From contig CAVPJU010000003.1 of assembly GCA_963705505.1 (NCBI GenBank), positions 224,001-288,000 of the forward strand: 64,000 nucleotides of DNA, given 5' to 3'. Source of the stretch: an uncultured bacterium (GTDB lineage Bacteria > Desulfobacterota_D > UBA1144 > Nemesobacterales > UBA2774). Position numbers and translations under genes: made by a program. The notes beneath the pieces are model-generated. The model worked only from the letters and a program-made list of their open reading frames with translations, was not told the DNA's origin and searched no databases. Each line of letters opens with the position of its first letter. Positions within the stretch are counted from its first letter, which is position 1. Positions 19,631-29,278 of this stretch are shown here, piece by piece.

Positions 19631-20353
19631 CTATATTTTCTTCTGCCAGAGCGCTTTCCCGATGAAAAAAGGCCCCAGGCTCTCAAGGTACATCGATGTC
19701 TGCTTTGTCTTCCGCATCGATTGAATGAGGATCGAGAGAGGGTAAAGCTCCTTACCCAGAACCCCTATTACGAAGTCGTTATCGTTCTTGTCGAGACCGT
19801 GACAGGCAAGGCGGATGTCCTTTCCGTACCCAGCGTCCCCGAATTTAAAGCCGAGCTTCCCGTGCTCGCCGAGAACAGAACGCTGCTCTTCTGAGGACAG
19901 GGTTTCGAATAGCTTATTCCTCCTCAACGGATACCATATCACCCACGGAAGCCCGGGGTCGAGCACCCTTTCCCTGGGCCTGTCGATCAACACCTTTTCC
20001 AGGTCCGGCTCGTACCCGAACGAATAAGTCCTCCCCAGCATCGTGTATTCCGGTTTCGGTGTCAGCTCCGTGAAGGCCGAGCCATTTAGAAAGTCCCTCA
20101 GCTCTCCCACGAAGAAATCGGGGGCCTCGCTCACTGCCAGAAGGCCTATCCCGTAGGGGTCGTTTATGTCCGCATAAAGCGCGAAATCCAGGCCGGACTT
20201 CTTCAATTCTTCTATTAGTTTCAAGGTGTTATGGCAATTCCCGAAAGCGAGAAGCTGCATGAGCAGCCTCCTGTCCGAGGAAAGCACCGTACCGTCCTTC
20301 GCCCTCCCCTTCTCGCTTATATCCAGATCTGTGTGTTCCGTATCCGTAGACAT
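19631..20353 (-). CDS. Chlorite dismutase/ChdC (HemQ)-like heme-binding protein
   Basis: WYPLRR, EHGKLG (proximal His), DIRLACHGLD..DNDFVIG, MRKT.QT..Y....PFFIG. Confidence 0.8.
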   Translation of the reverse strand: MSTDTEHTDLDISEKGRAKDGTVLSSDRRLLMQLLAFGNCHNTLKLIEELKKSGLDFALYADINDPYGIGLLAVSEAPDFFVGELRDFLNGSAFTELTPKPEYTMLGRTYSFGYEPDLEKVLIDRPRERVLDPGLPWVIWYPLRRNKLFETLSSEEQRSVLGEHGKLGFKFGDAGYGKDIRLACHGLDKNDNDFVIGVLGKELYPLSILIQSMRKTKQTSMYLESLGPFFIGKALWQKKI

Positions 20354-20646
20354 TTCAATACCTCCGAGATCATAAAATATAACAGGGAAACCGTGTATTG
20401 GCGATTGAGGAATTTCATCTCTCTCCCCGCTGAAAGACCGTTAAGACTGATATCAATATCCGCCTAACGGTCCCTCCGGGGAAATATTCTGTCCGTTTCA
20501 GCGGCTCTCGATTAAACCGTATCCGGCGATTACGGAAGCTCCGCAACTGTTGGCAATTATTATGCGCACACCAAAAGAATTTATTGGCATAAATACATAT
20601 TTACTTTATAATAATCAGCTTTCTTTTCCGGCGGAAAAAGAGGGAG

Positions 20647-21528
20647 ATGAAAAACCTAATACAGAAGGCAAAAACACTCGTAGAAGCCCTTCCCTACATT
20701 AAGGAATTCTACGGGCAGACGATAGTCATCAAATACGGCGGGAGCATAGGGGACGACGACCTTTCCAACTTCGCGCGCGACATAGTGCTCATGAAATATG
20801 TGGGCATCCACCCGGTCGTCGTTCACGGGGGCGGTCCCCAGATAGGGAGCCACCTCAAGAGACTGGGGATAGAGTCGAAATTTATCGCCGGACTCAGGGT
20901 GACGGACGAGGAGACGATGGAAGTCGTCGAGATGGTCCTCGTAGGGAAAGTCAACCAGAAGATAATAGAAACCATACATTCGATGGGCGGAAAAGCGGTC
21001 GGCACGTCGGGCAAGGAAGGGAAAATGATACTCGCGAGGAAGCTCGACGTGAAAAAGTTCGCGCTCGAGAACGGGCTCGACATACCGGAGGATGCCGATC
21101 TGGGTATGGTCGGAGAGGTCGAGTGCGTAAACCCACAGCTGATAAAGGTGCTCGAAAGCTCGGGCTTCATACCGATAATCGCGCCGATAGGGTTCGACGA
21201 AGAAGGGAAGACCTACAATATAAACGCGGACCACGTGGCCGGAAAGATCGCGGGGGCTCTCAAAGCCGCCAAATTGATACTCATGACGAATGTCCCCGGC
21301 ATAATGGACAAGGAAAAAAATCTCCTCTCGAGCATCACCGAATCACAGGCCAGGCACCTTATTAAAAAAGAGATCATCTCAAGCGGCATGATACCAAAAG
21401 TCATGTGCGCGATCGAAGCGCTCCACGACGGCGTGCAGAAGGTCCACATCATCGACGGAACTATCGAGCACTCGCTCATACTCGAAATATTCACCGACGC
21501 GGGAATCGGGACGGAGATACTGCTTTGA
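20647..21528 (+). CDS. argB: Acetylglutamate kinase
   Basis: EALPYI, VIKYGG, VVHGGGPQI, GLRVTD, YNINAD, GMIPKV, GIGT. Confidence 0.97.
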   Translation: MKNLIQKAKTLVEALPYIKEFYGQTIVIKYGGSIGDDDLSNFARDIVLMKYVGIHPVVVHGGGPQIGSHLKRLGIESKFIAGLRVTDEETMEVVEMVLVGKVNQKIIETIHSMGGKAVGTSGKEGKMILARKLDVKKFALENGLDIPEDADLGMVGEVECVNPQLIKVLESSGFIPIIAPIGFDEEGKTYNINADHVAGKIAGALKAAKLILMTNVPGIMDKEKNLLSSITESQARHLIKKEIISSGMIPKVMCAIEALHDGVQKVHIIDGTIEHSLILEIFTDAGIGTEILL

Positions 21529-22727
21529 GAACGGACGAGATAATTTCCGGAACTTCCGAATACATCATGAACACGTACGGCAGGTACCCGATCGCGATGG
21601 TCAGGGGAAAGGGCTGCTGGGTATGGGACGCCGACGGGAAAAAATACCTGGATTTCGTGACCGGCATAGCGGTAAACAACCTGGGCCACTGCCACCCGAA
21701 CGTAGTCCGGGCGATCTCCGAGCAGTCGAGAAAGCTCGTGCAGGTGTGCAACCTCTACCATATAGAGAAACAGGTCGAGTTCGCAAAGATGCTCGTCGAG
21801 AACTCGTTTGCGGACAAGGTGTTCTTCTGCAACAGCGGAGCCGAGGCGAACGAAGGGGCGATAAAGCTCGCAAGGAAGTGGGGGGGAGCCAACGGGGGGA
21901 GATATAAAATAGTACATGCCACCGATTCATTCCACGGAAGGACACTCGGCGCGCTGAGCGCTACGAACAAAAAATATCAGAAGGGCTTCAAACCCCTCGT
22001 GCCGGGATTCAAGGCCGTCCCGTACGGAAAGATAGAGCCTCTCGAAAAAGCTCTCGACGACGAAAAGGTCTGCGCCGTCATACTGGAGCCTATACAGGGC
22101 GAAAACGGCGTGATCATACCGTATAAAAATTTTCTAAGGGACGCGAGGAGACTCTGCAAGCGTAAAAACGTGCTCCTTATACTCGATGAAATACAGGTGG
22201 GGCTCGGCAGGACGGGGAGGCTCTTCGCCTACGAGCACCACGGGATAAAGCCCGATATCATGACCCTTGCAAAGGCACTGGGCGGCGGGATACCCTGCGG
22301 GGCGGTCCTCGCCACGGATGAAGTCGCGAGACATTTCTCGCCCGGAAATCACGGTACGACACTCGGCGGGAACCCCCTTGCGATGAGCGCGGGTATTGCC
22401 GTAATGAAGACAATTGTAGAGGACGGACTGCTCGACAATGCGGAGGGGACGGGGGAGTATTTTCTGAGCGGGCTCCGGTCGGTTAAAGAGGAGTACGGGG
22501 AGCTTATAAGGGACGTAAGGGGGAAAGGGCTGATACTGGGTATCGAATTCAGGAGCCCTGAAATCGCTAAGGAAGCGGTCGGGAAATGCACGAATAACGG
22601 ACTTATCACCATTCTCACCGAGCAGAAGGTGATGAGAATGCTCCCGCCTCTTATCGTGGGCAGGAAAGAGATAGATCACGCGATTAAAATAATCCGCAGG
22701 TCGCTTAAAGAGGTCCCTATTGCCTAG
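21525..22727 (+). CDS. argD: Acetylornithine aminotransferase
   Basis: The TTG start overlaps the argB stop. YLDFVTGIAVNNLGH, FFCNSGAEANE, SFHGRT, DEIQVGLGRTG, TLAKALGGG. Confidence 0.95.
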   Translation: MRTDEIISGTSEYIMNTYGRYPIAMVRGKGCWVWDADGKKYLDFVTGIAVNNLGHCHPNVVRAISEQSRKLVQVCNLYHIEKQVEFAKMLVENSFADKVFFCNSGAEANEGAIKLARKWGGANGGRYKIVHATDSFHGRTLGALSATNKKYQKGFKPLVPGFKAVPYGKIEPLEKALDDEKVCAVILEPIQGENGVIIPYKNFLRDARRLCKRKNVLLILDEIQVGLGRTGRLFAYEHHGIKPDIMTLAKALGGGIPCGAVLATDEVARHFSPGNHGTTLGGNPLAMSAGIAVMKTIVEDGLLDNAEGTGEYFLSGLRSVKEEYGELIRDVRGKGLILGIEFRSPEIAKEAVGKCTNNGLITILTEQKVMRMLPPLIVGRKEIDHAIKIIRRSLKEVPIA

Positions 22728-23634
22728 ACACTTCCTCAGTATATCGGACCTTTCAAAGAAGGAGCTCGAATCCCTTTTTAAAAGGGCCGCCAAGCTCAAG
22801 GCCGAAAAGAAATCGGGCAAGGCCCACACTACCCTTAAAGGTAAATCGATCGGGCTTATTTTCGAGAAGCTCTCGACGAGAACGAGGGTATCGTTCGAGG
22901 TCGCGATAAACGACCTCGGAGCAAACTCGCTCTATCTGAATCCGAACGATATGCAGCTTGGGAGGGGGGAAACTATTGCCGACACTGCAAAGATCCTTTC
23001 CTCCTACCTCGACGGCGTAATCCTGAGAACATATCAACAGGAGAGGCTCGAAGAATTTGCAAGGGCGGCAACCGTCCCCGTGATAAACGCGCTTACGGAC
23101 CTCGAGCACCCGACGCAGATAGTGTCCGACCTCTTTACAATTAAAGAAAAGGGCATCGACCTCGGAAAAATGAAGTTCGCATACATAGGCGACGGAAACA
23201 ACATAGTGAATTCGCTCATCGGAGCCGCTGCATTAATGGGCTTTCGACTCTCAATCGCGGCGCCCAAGGGATACGAGCCGGATTTGAGTGCGCGTGATAA
23301 AAAGGGGGGTATCGATGCCTCCAATATCGAGGTCGTAATCGACCCGGTAAAAGCTGCGGCCCATGCAGACGTTTTATACACGGACGTTTGGGTCAGCATG
23401 GGTCAGGAGAAAGATACCGGGAAGAGAAAGAAAGTCTTCAAGCCTTACCAATTAAATAAAAAGCTGCTTTCCTACGCGAAACCAGATGCTCTCGTAATGC
23501 ACTGCCTGCCTGCGCACAGGGGGGAGGAAATTACCGACGACGTCGCGGACGGACCCAACTCGATAATTTTCGAGCAGGCTGAGAACAAATTACACGCAGG
23601 CAAAGCCGTGCTCGAAATGTTTATGAAAAGCTGA
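22720..23634 (+). CDS. argF: Ornithine carbamoyltransferase
   Basis: STRTRVSFE, HPTQ, GDGNN, YTDVWVSMG, MHCLPAHRGEE. Confidence 0.97.
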   Translation: MPRHFLSISDLSKKELESLFKRAAKLKAEKKSGKAHTTLKGKSIGLIFEKLSTRTRVSFEVAINDLGANSLYLNPNDMQLGRGETIADTAKILSSYLDGVILRTYQQERLEEFARAATVPVINALTDLEHPTQIVSDLFTIKEKGIDLGKMKFAYIGDGNNIVNSLIGAAALMGFRLSIAAPKGYEPDLSARDKKGGIDASNIEVVIDPVKAAAHADVLYTDVWVSMGQEKDTGKRKKVFKPYQLNKKLLSYAKPDALVMHCLPAHRGEEITDDVADGPNSIIFEQAENKLHAGKAVLEMFMKS

Positions 23635-23700
23635 GCATTCCAAGATTAAATCAGCCCCCTCGATACCAAAACCGGCAGGATCACCAAAACAGATAAGTAA

Positions 23701-23964
23701 TCAATAATCCTCGTCTATATTTATCGTGGGGTTGTACTCGATATTGAACGCCCTTCTTATGGGGTCGGAATTAAACACCCAGTAAGTACCCCTGACGAAT
23801 ACGCTCGTCAAAGCCAGAGGCGGTCTCAACGCCAGGCTCATGAGCTTGAAAGGATGAAGCGCGTCGCCCGGGTTGTATTTGTAGTCCGTTATCTGCGGAG
23901 CCTGGGCTCCGGCGGAAGAAGCGAAAAGCATAAGACCCAGTATTAAAACCGCAAAATATTTCAT
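23701..23964 (-). CDS. Small secreted hypothetical protein
   Basis: GGGGAG SD 6 nt before the ATG at 23964; signal peptide MKYFAVLILGLMLFASSAGA|Q. Confidence 0.7.
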   Translation of the reverse strand: MKYFAVLILGLMLFASSAGAQAPQITDYKYNPGDALHPFKLMSLALRPPLALTSVFVRGTYWVFNSDPIRRAFNIEYNPTINIDEDY

Positions 23965-24226
23965 ATCCATCTCCCCTTTAAAGTAATTTATTAACTTCTT
24001 ATGCCAAATTATAAGTTCCATGCCGGAATTAGTCAATGGGGTAGAATCGCTGTACCAAACGGTTAAATTACATAGTTAAAGCAGAAAGTTACATCCTCCC
24101 TGTAAATCCGGCGGCCCGCCTTCCGGAAAAATGATCGTAATTTGTGCGGGCTGGTATAATATGAAAGACCACTTGCAAATAAATTGTAAAATTTATAGAA
24201 TTATAATCTTTGAGGTCAGCTATTAG

Positions 24227-25345
24227 ATGAGAAGGGGAGAAAAAGTTTATTACGTCAAGGATTTCATTCAAACCGTCCCTCTTCCCTCGCCCAAAAAGAT
24301 ATTCACCGAACTCGAGAAGCTTGGCTACAGGGGTCAGCCTCAGGCCAGAAAGGCAGTGTCGCTGGCCTCGTACAGGCACGTAAAAAGGTTGAAGCTCCTC
24401 CACATGAAAAATACGCCGAGGACCAGCCTGCCGCCGCGACCGAACACCATCCTGATGGGGCCTACCGGATGCGGCAAAACCTACCTCATCGAGCTTCTAT
24501 TCGGCGAGATATTCAAGCTCCCATTCGTTATCATAGACATGACTAAATTCACGGAATCGGGTTATGTAGGCGACGACGTCGTAAATATACTCGTGCAGCT
24601 CGTATATGCGGCCAACGAAAGCATAGACATAGCGGAATGCGGGGTTATAGTGCTCGATGAATTCGATAAGATAGCCGGCGCCTACAGCAGCGCCAGGTTT
24701 GCGGGGCAGGGCACAACGAAAGACGTCTCGGGGTACGGCGTTCAAAGGGAGCTCCTTAAAATCCTCGAAGGCACGGACGTCCAGATACCGCTTGACTTCG
24801 GGTTCTCGAGCAGGGGACCCCGCGCGCTCATCTCGACGCGTGATATCACCTTCTTTTCCGTAGGAGCATTTTCCGGCATAAGGGGCCTCCTTGAAAAAAG
24901 GGGATTGGGGTTCCTGCAGACGCTCGAGGAAAACAGGGGGGACGAGGACTCCATAGCGTATAATCTCACGGAGGAGGAAGCGGACGACATAACGAAGTTT
25001 CATCTGTTCGGGTTCCTCCCGGAGCTCATTTCGAGATTCAACAGGATCGTGCCGTTCACCCCGCTCCACAGAAACACGCTCAAGGAGATTATCCAGATCA
25101 AGATACAGAACTATCAGAGGGAATTCGAGGAAGAGGGGTTCAAGCTGCATATAGAACCCATGGTGATCGATTTCATAATCGAGGAAGCGCTCAGGAGACA
25201 GACGGGCGCAAGGGGCCTCGACGTCATCATATCGAAATACCTGGAAGAAGTGGCTTTCGAAACATTCGGCAAGAGCGACGAGGGAGAAGTCATACTTACA
25301 CTCGATTCGGGCGGGGTTTCGCACATAGTTAAGAGACGCGCATGA
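24227..25345 (+). CDS. ClpX-like AAA+ ATPase lacking the N-terminal zinc-binding domain
   Basis: Walker A GPTGCGKT; pore-1 GYVG; Walker B VLDEFDKI; KDVSGYGVQRELLKILEG; LGF loop; TGARGL. Confidence 0.85.
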   Translation: MRRGEKVYYVKDFIQTVPLPSPKKIFTELEKLGYRGQPQARKAVSLASYRHVKRLKLLHMKNTPRTSLPPRPNTILMGPTGCGKTYLIELLFGEIFKLPFVIIDMTKFTESGYVGDDVVNILVQLVYAANESIDIAECGVIVLDEFDKIAGAYSSARFAGQGTTKDVSGYGVQRELLKILEGTDVQIPLDFGFSSRGPRALISTRDITFFSVGAFSGIRGLLEKRGLGFLQTLEENRGDEDSIAYNLTEEEADDITKFHLFGFLPELISRFNRIVPFTPLHRNTLKEIIQIKIQNYQREFEEEGFKLHIEPMVIDFIIEEALRRQTGARGLDVIISKYLEEVAFETFGKSDEGEVILTLDSGGVSHIVKRRA

Positions 25346-26649
25346 AGATATCGATTGTAAGCCTCGGCTGCTCCAAAAACCTTGTTGACAGCGAGATCAT
25401 CACGGGGGCGTTAAAAGCTGCCGGACACGAGATCTCGACTGAAGAAGACTCCGAAGTAATAATCGTCAATACATGCGGCTTCATCGGCGATGCAAAAAAG
25501 GAATCCGTCGATACCATACTCGAACTCTCGAAGAGGAAAGAGAACGGAAGCTGCCGGAAGCTGATCGTTACGGGGTGCCTTGTCGAAAGGTATTCAAAGG
25601 AGTTAAGCCGCGAGCTGCCGGAAGTGGACGCGTTCTGGGGCACGGGAAACCTGCTCAAGATCAATGAGGCCTTAAAGGATCTACCGGGTGAAAAAATACA
25701 CCTTAACCCGCCCGGGACTCTCTACGACCCCGATACGCCGAGAGTGCTCCTCACCCCGCCTCACTATGCTTATGTCAAGGTTTCCGAAGGATGCTCGAGG
25801 ACGTGCTCATTCTGCATAATCCCGAAAATGCGGGGCATAATGAAAAGCAGGACCGTCGAATCAATCGCCGGGGAAGTCAACAGCCTCGCGCTGCGCGGCG
25901 TAAGGGAGATAAACCTCATAGCCCAGGACATGACGAGCTACGGAAGGGACATCGGGACTAGCCTCGAGAATATGCTGAGAGCGCTCGCCGAAACAGACGG
26001 CATAAAGTGGATCAGGATTCATTACTGCTACCCGTGGGGGTTATCGGATTCGCTCATCGATCTCATTGCAGGGGAAGAAAAGATACTGCCGTACATCGAT
26101 ATGCCGCTTCAGCACATAAACGACAGGATACTGAGCCTGATGGACAGGAAGACACCCGCCAAGCGGATCAGGGATATAATTCGCAGGCTCAGAAGCCGTA
26201 TAGACGATTTGACCCTCCGCACGACTTTCATAGTGGGATTCCCCGGAGAGACCGATGAGGAATTCGAAGAGCTCCTGGATTTCGTCGAGGAAACCGGGTT
26301 CGACAGGGCGGGCGCATTCAAATACTCTCAGGAAGAAGGGACTCCCGCAGGCGGGATGCATCATCAGATACCCGACGAGGTAAAAGAAGAAAGATACGAG
26401 AGGCTCATGCAAGTCCAATCGGAAGTGTCACTGAGAAAAAATAATTCCCTTATCGGCTCGATACACGAAGGATTCATCGAGGGTAGAGAGAACGGGAACT
26501 ATATTGCAAGAATTCCCTCTCAGGCCCCTGAAGTGGACGGGCATACATATATTAAGCGAACTGACGTTTTAAGAACAGGCGACCTTGTGAAGTTAAGGAT
26601 TACCAAGGCGGATATATACGATCTTTACGCTGAAATCGTCCCGGTATAA
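25342..26649 (+). CDS. rimO: Ribosomal protein S12 methylthiotransferase RimO
   Basis: SLGCSKNLVDSE, NTCGFI, YVKVSEGCSRTCSFCIIP, RTTFIVGFPGET, APEVDG, C-terminal TRAM domain. Confidence 0.96.
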   Translation: MKISIVSLGCSKNLVDSEIITGALKAAGHEISTEEDSEVIIVNTCGFIGDAKKESVDTILELSKRKENGSCRKLIVTGCLVERYSKELSRELPEVDAFWGTGNLLKINEALKDLPGEKIHLNPPGTLYDPDTPRVLLTPPHYAYVKVSEGCSRTCSFCIIPKMRGIMKSRTVESIAGEVNSLALRGVREINLIAQDMTSYGRDIGTSLENMLRALAETDGIKWIRIHYCYPWGLSDSLIDLIAGEEKILPYIDMPLQHINDRILSLMDRKTPAKRIRDIIRRLRSRIDDLTLRTTFIVGFPGETDEEFEELLDFVEETGFDRAGAFKYSQEEGTPAGGMHHQIPDEVKEERYERLMQVQSEVSLRKNNSLIGSIHEGFIEGRENGNYIARIPSQAPEVDGHTYIKRTDVLRTGDLVKLRITKADIYDLYAEIVPV

Positions 26650-26661
26650 AAGAATAAACCA

Positions 26662-27867
26662 CTAGCTGCGAGCGTCGTTTTCATCAAAGACCTGCCGGAT
26701 GCCGTAGGTCGTCGTCCTTTCGGCTGGTATCCTGCCTATCTCCCACGTAAGCCTTCTGAACTCCTCGGGCGGGAAGTACTGCCCGTAGCTCGCCCCGGCG
26801 GAGCGCGAAATCTGCTCTTCCATGAGCGTGCCGCCGAAATCGTTTGCGCCCGCGGTAAGGGAGAACTGTGCAAATTCGGGACCCTGTTTGACCCAGGAGA
26901 CCTGGATGTTGTTTATCCAGCCCCTGAGCATGAGCCTCGAAACTCCGTACATCTTGAGCTGGTTGAGATCGCCCGGACCCTCCTGCACCTTGCCCTTCGA
27001 ATGCTTATAGAGCCTCGTGTTCCAGGGTATGAATCTAAGGGGGACGAACTCCGTAAACCCTCCCGTTTCTTTCTGGATATCCCTTAAAATACCGATGTGC
27101 TCCGCCCAGTGGTGAGGCTTGTCCACATGGCCGTACATTATGGTGGAAGTCGTACGCATGCCAGCCCTATGGGCTTTCTTGACTATCCTTATCCATGCTT
27201 CGGTCGGCATCTTCCTCGGGGCGATTATCTTCCTTACCTCTTCGACGAGTATTTCGGCTGCAGTACCGGGGAAGGTATTGTGGCCGACGTCTTTTAATCT
27301 GTCGATGAACTCCTCTTCGCTGATACCGAGGGTCTCCGCGCCGTAATAAATCTCAAACGGCGAGAAGGCGTGCGTGTGCATTTCGGGGACAGCCCTCTTA
27401 ACAGCCTTAATAAGCTCTATATAGAAATTACCGTCGATATCAGGATGCATACCGCCCTGCATGCAGACCTCTGTCGCACCTATATCCCAGGCCTCCTTCA
27501 CCTTGTCTGCTATCTCGTCCATAGAAAGAAAGTACGCCCTCTCGTCCCCCTCCGGGGCCATGAAATTGCAGAAGCCGCAATAGGTGTTGCAAATATTCGT
27601 GAAGTTTATATTCCTGTTTACCACATAAGTAACGACGTCCCCCACGTCCTCCTTCCTTATCTCGTCTGCGGTTATAGCGAGAGCGGAGAGCTCGTCAGGA
27701 TCGGTTATGTTAAACAGATCCTCCGCCTCCCGGACGGAAATCTCCTCGCCTGACAGTGATTTGTTCAATATCCTGCCGGTGGTTCCGTTGACCTTTCCCA
27801 GAATGCCGTCAAGCCCCAGGCTCCTGTTCTCTTCAATCCGTTCGACTGCCTCTTTAATATGCTCCAT
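26662..27867 (-). CDS. cofH: F0 synthase subunit CofH (radical SAM)
   Basis: VTYVVNRNINFTNICNTYCGFC, PGTAAEIL, QKETGGFTEFVPL, NIQVSWVKQG, GANDFGGTLMEE; GAGGAGG SD before the ATG at 27867; next to cofG. Confidence 0.9.
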   Translation of the reverse strand: MEHIKEAVERIEENRSLGLDGILGKVNGTTGRILNKSLSGEEISVREAEDLFNITDPDELSALAITADEIRKEDVGDVVTYVVNRNINFTNICNTYCGFCNFMAPEGDERAYFLSMDEIADKVKEAWDIGATEVCMQGGMHPDIDGNFYIELIKAVKRAVPEMHTHAFSPFEIYYGAETLGISEEEFIDRLKDVGHNTFPGTAAEILVEEVRKIIAPRKMPTEAWIRIVKKAHRAGMRTTSTIMYGHVDKPHHWAEHIGILRDIQKETGGFTEFVPLRFIPWNTRLYKHSKGKVQEGPGDLNQLKMYGVSRLMLRGWINNIQVSWVKQGPEFAQFSLTAGANDFGGTLMEEQISRSAGASYGQYFPPEEFRRLTWEIGRIPAERTTTYGIRQVFDENDARS

Positions 27868-29134
27868 AGGATGCCTCCTCAAGCGGAACGTAACCCTGCT
27901 CGTCTACGGAATCTCCAACCAGCTTGAGCAGATCGTCGTTTATGTGTTTATGGTCTATGAATTCGGGGTACACGGGAAGCCTTTCCCTCAAAGTGAAACC
28001 CATTTCCTCTATAACATTCTTCATTCTTTCGAGCTTTGGCCATGGGGCTTCCGGGTTGACGTAATCTATAGTAAGCGGAGAAACACCTCCGAGGTCGTTA
28101 ACGCCCGCGTGTATGAACAGGGGATAAGTATCGGGGTTAAGGTTGGGCGGTATCTGTATGTTCATACCCTCGCCGAAAATTAGCCTGGCGATGGCCACTA
28201 TCTTTAACATATCTATAAAGTCAGGCGGCGGGTACTTCTCCATAAGAATTCCCTGCTTGGGGCTGAAATTCTGTATGATTATTTCCTGGATATGACCGAA
28301 CCCGTCGTTAAGCTCCTTAAGGGCATAGAGGGAGTCAATCCTCTCCTCCCATGTCTCGCCTATACCGACGAGTATCCCAGAAGTCCATGGAATCCGGAGC
28401 TCCCCGGCGATCTCCATAGTCTTCATCCTCTGCCTGGGCACCTTGTCGGGGCACCCGTAGTGGGCCTCCCCCCTTTTGAGCAGCCGGGGGCTTATGTTCT
28501 CGAGCATCAAGCCCATGCTCGGATTCGTTTCCCTGAAGGCCTGAAGCTCATCCCTCGTAGCCAGTCCGAGATTGGTATGAGGGAATATATTCTCCCTGAG
28601 CCCCGCCTCCCCCATCGCAATCAGGTATTCGGCAGTACTCCTGTAGCCAAGCTTCCCGAGCGCCTCGCGGTATTCGGGGTATATAAGCTCGGGTTTATCC
28701 CCCGTAACAAATAATAATTCGGTGCAGCCGAGACTTGCCCCTTTTTTCGCCATTTCCACGACTTCCCCGGGCATAAGAAATAAAGGGCCCTCCCCGGGCT
28801 CGTATTTAAAGGTGCAGTACCCGCAGCGGTTACGGCAGAGCTGCGTAAGCGGAACAAATACATTCCTCGAGAAAGTAAGCGTTCTCCCCTTCCCCCTGTC
28901 CCTGATCCCGGATGCGGCAAGAAGGAGGAACGGGATCTCTTTCCTATCCAGTCTTGAGAGCGAAATAGCGTCTTCCCGTCTCAGGGGACCGCCGTTCTCA
29001 GCCTTGAGGAGTATTTCTTCGACCCCTCCCGAAGGTTTTCTCAGGAGTTCCGACACGCCGCCAAGCATCCCGGATAAATAATCCGCGGGAGCTTTCCCCG
29101 AATAACAATCCGATTTTTTATCAAGAGAAGCCAT
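27854..29134 (-). CDS. cofG: F0 synthase subunit CofG (radical SAM)
   Basis: TFSRNVFVPLTQLCRNRCGYC, PHTN, SMGLMLE, GHIQEIIIQNF, QIPPNL, GGVSPLTIDYVNPEAPWP, LRERLPVYP. The start is uncertain (29134-29167). Confidence 0.92.
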   Translation of the reverse strand: MASLDKKSDCYSGKAPADYLSGMLGGVSELLRKPSGGVEEILLKAENGGPLRREDAISLSRLDRKEIPFLLLAASGIRDRGKGRTLTFSRNVFVPLTQLCRNRCGYCTFKYEPGEGPLFLMPGEVVEMAKKGASLGCTELLFVTGDKPELIYPEYREALGKLGYRSTAEYLIAMGEAGLRENIFPHTNLGLATRDELQAFRETNPSMGLMLENISPRLLKRGEAHYGCPDKVPRQRMKTMEIAGELRIPWTSGILVGIGETWEERIDSLYALKELNDGFGHIQEIIIQNFSPKQGILMEKYPPPDFIDMLKIVAIARLIFGEGMNIQIPPNLNPDTYPLFIHAGVNDLGGVSPLTIDYVNPEAPWPKLERMKNVIEEMGFTLRERLPVYPEFIDHKHINDDLLKLVGDSVDEQGYVPLEEASYGAY

Positions 29135-29278
29135 TTTTCTCCCAACCAGATACATGACCGAGTACATATTTAGATTAAAGTCTTAATGAAAACGATGCCT
29201 CTGACCGATATCACCCCGGATTAAGCTATTAATGATTGCATAAACAGGCAAAACTTGTCAAGCAGAACCGGTTGACCG

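Noticed and set aside
20549..20600. TGGCAATTATTATGC (GG-N10-GC) and ARG-box-like AT-rich words upstream of argB
   Set aside because: They fit sigma54 and ArgR consensus sequences only partially and ambiguously; neither can be supported.
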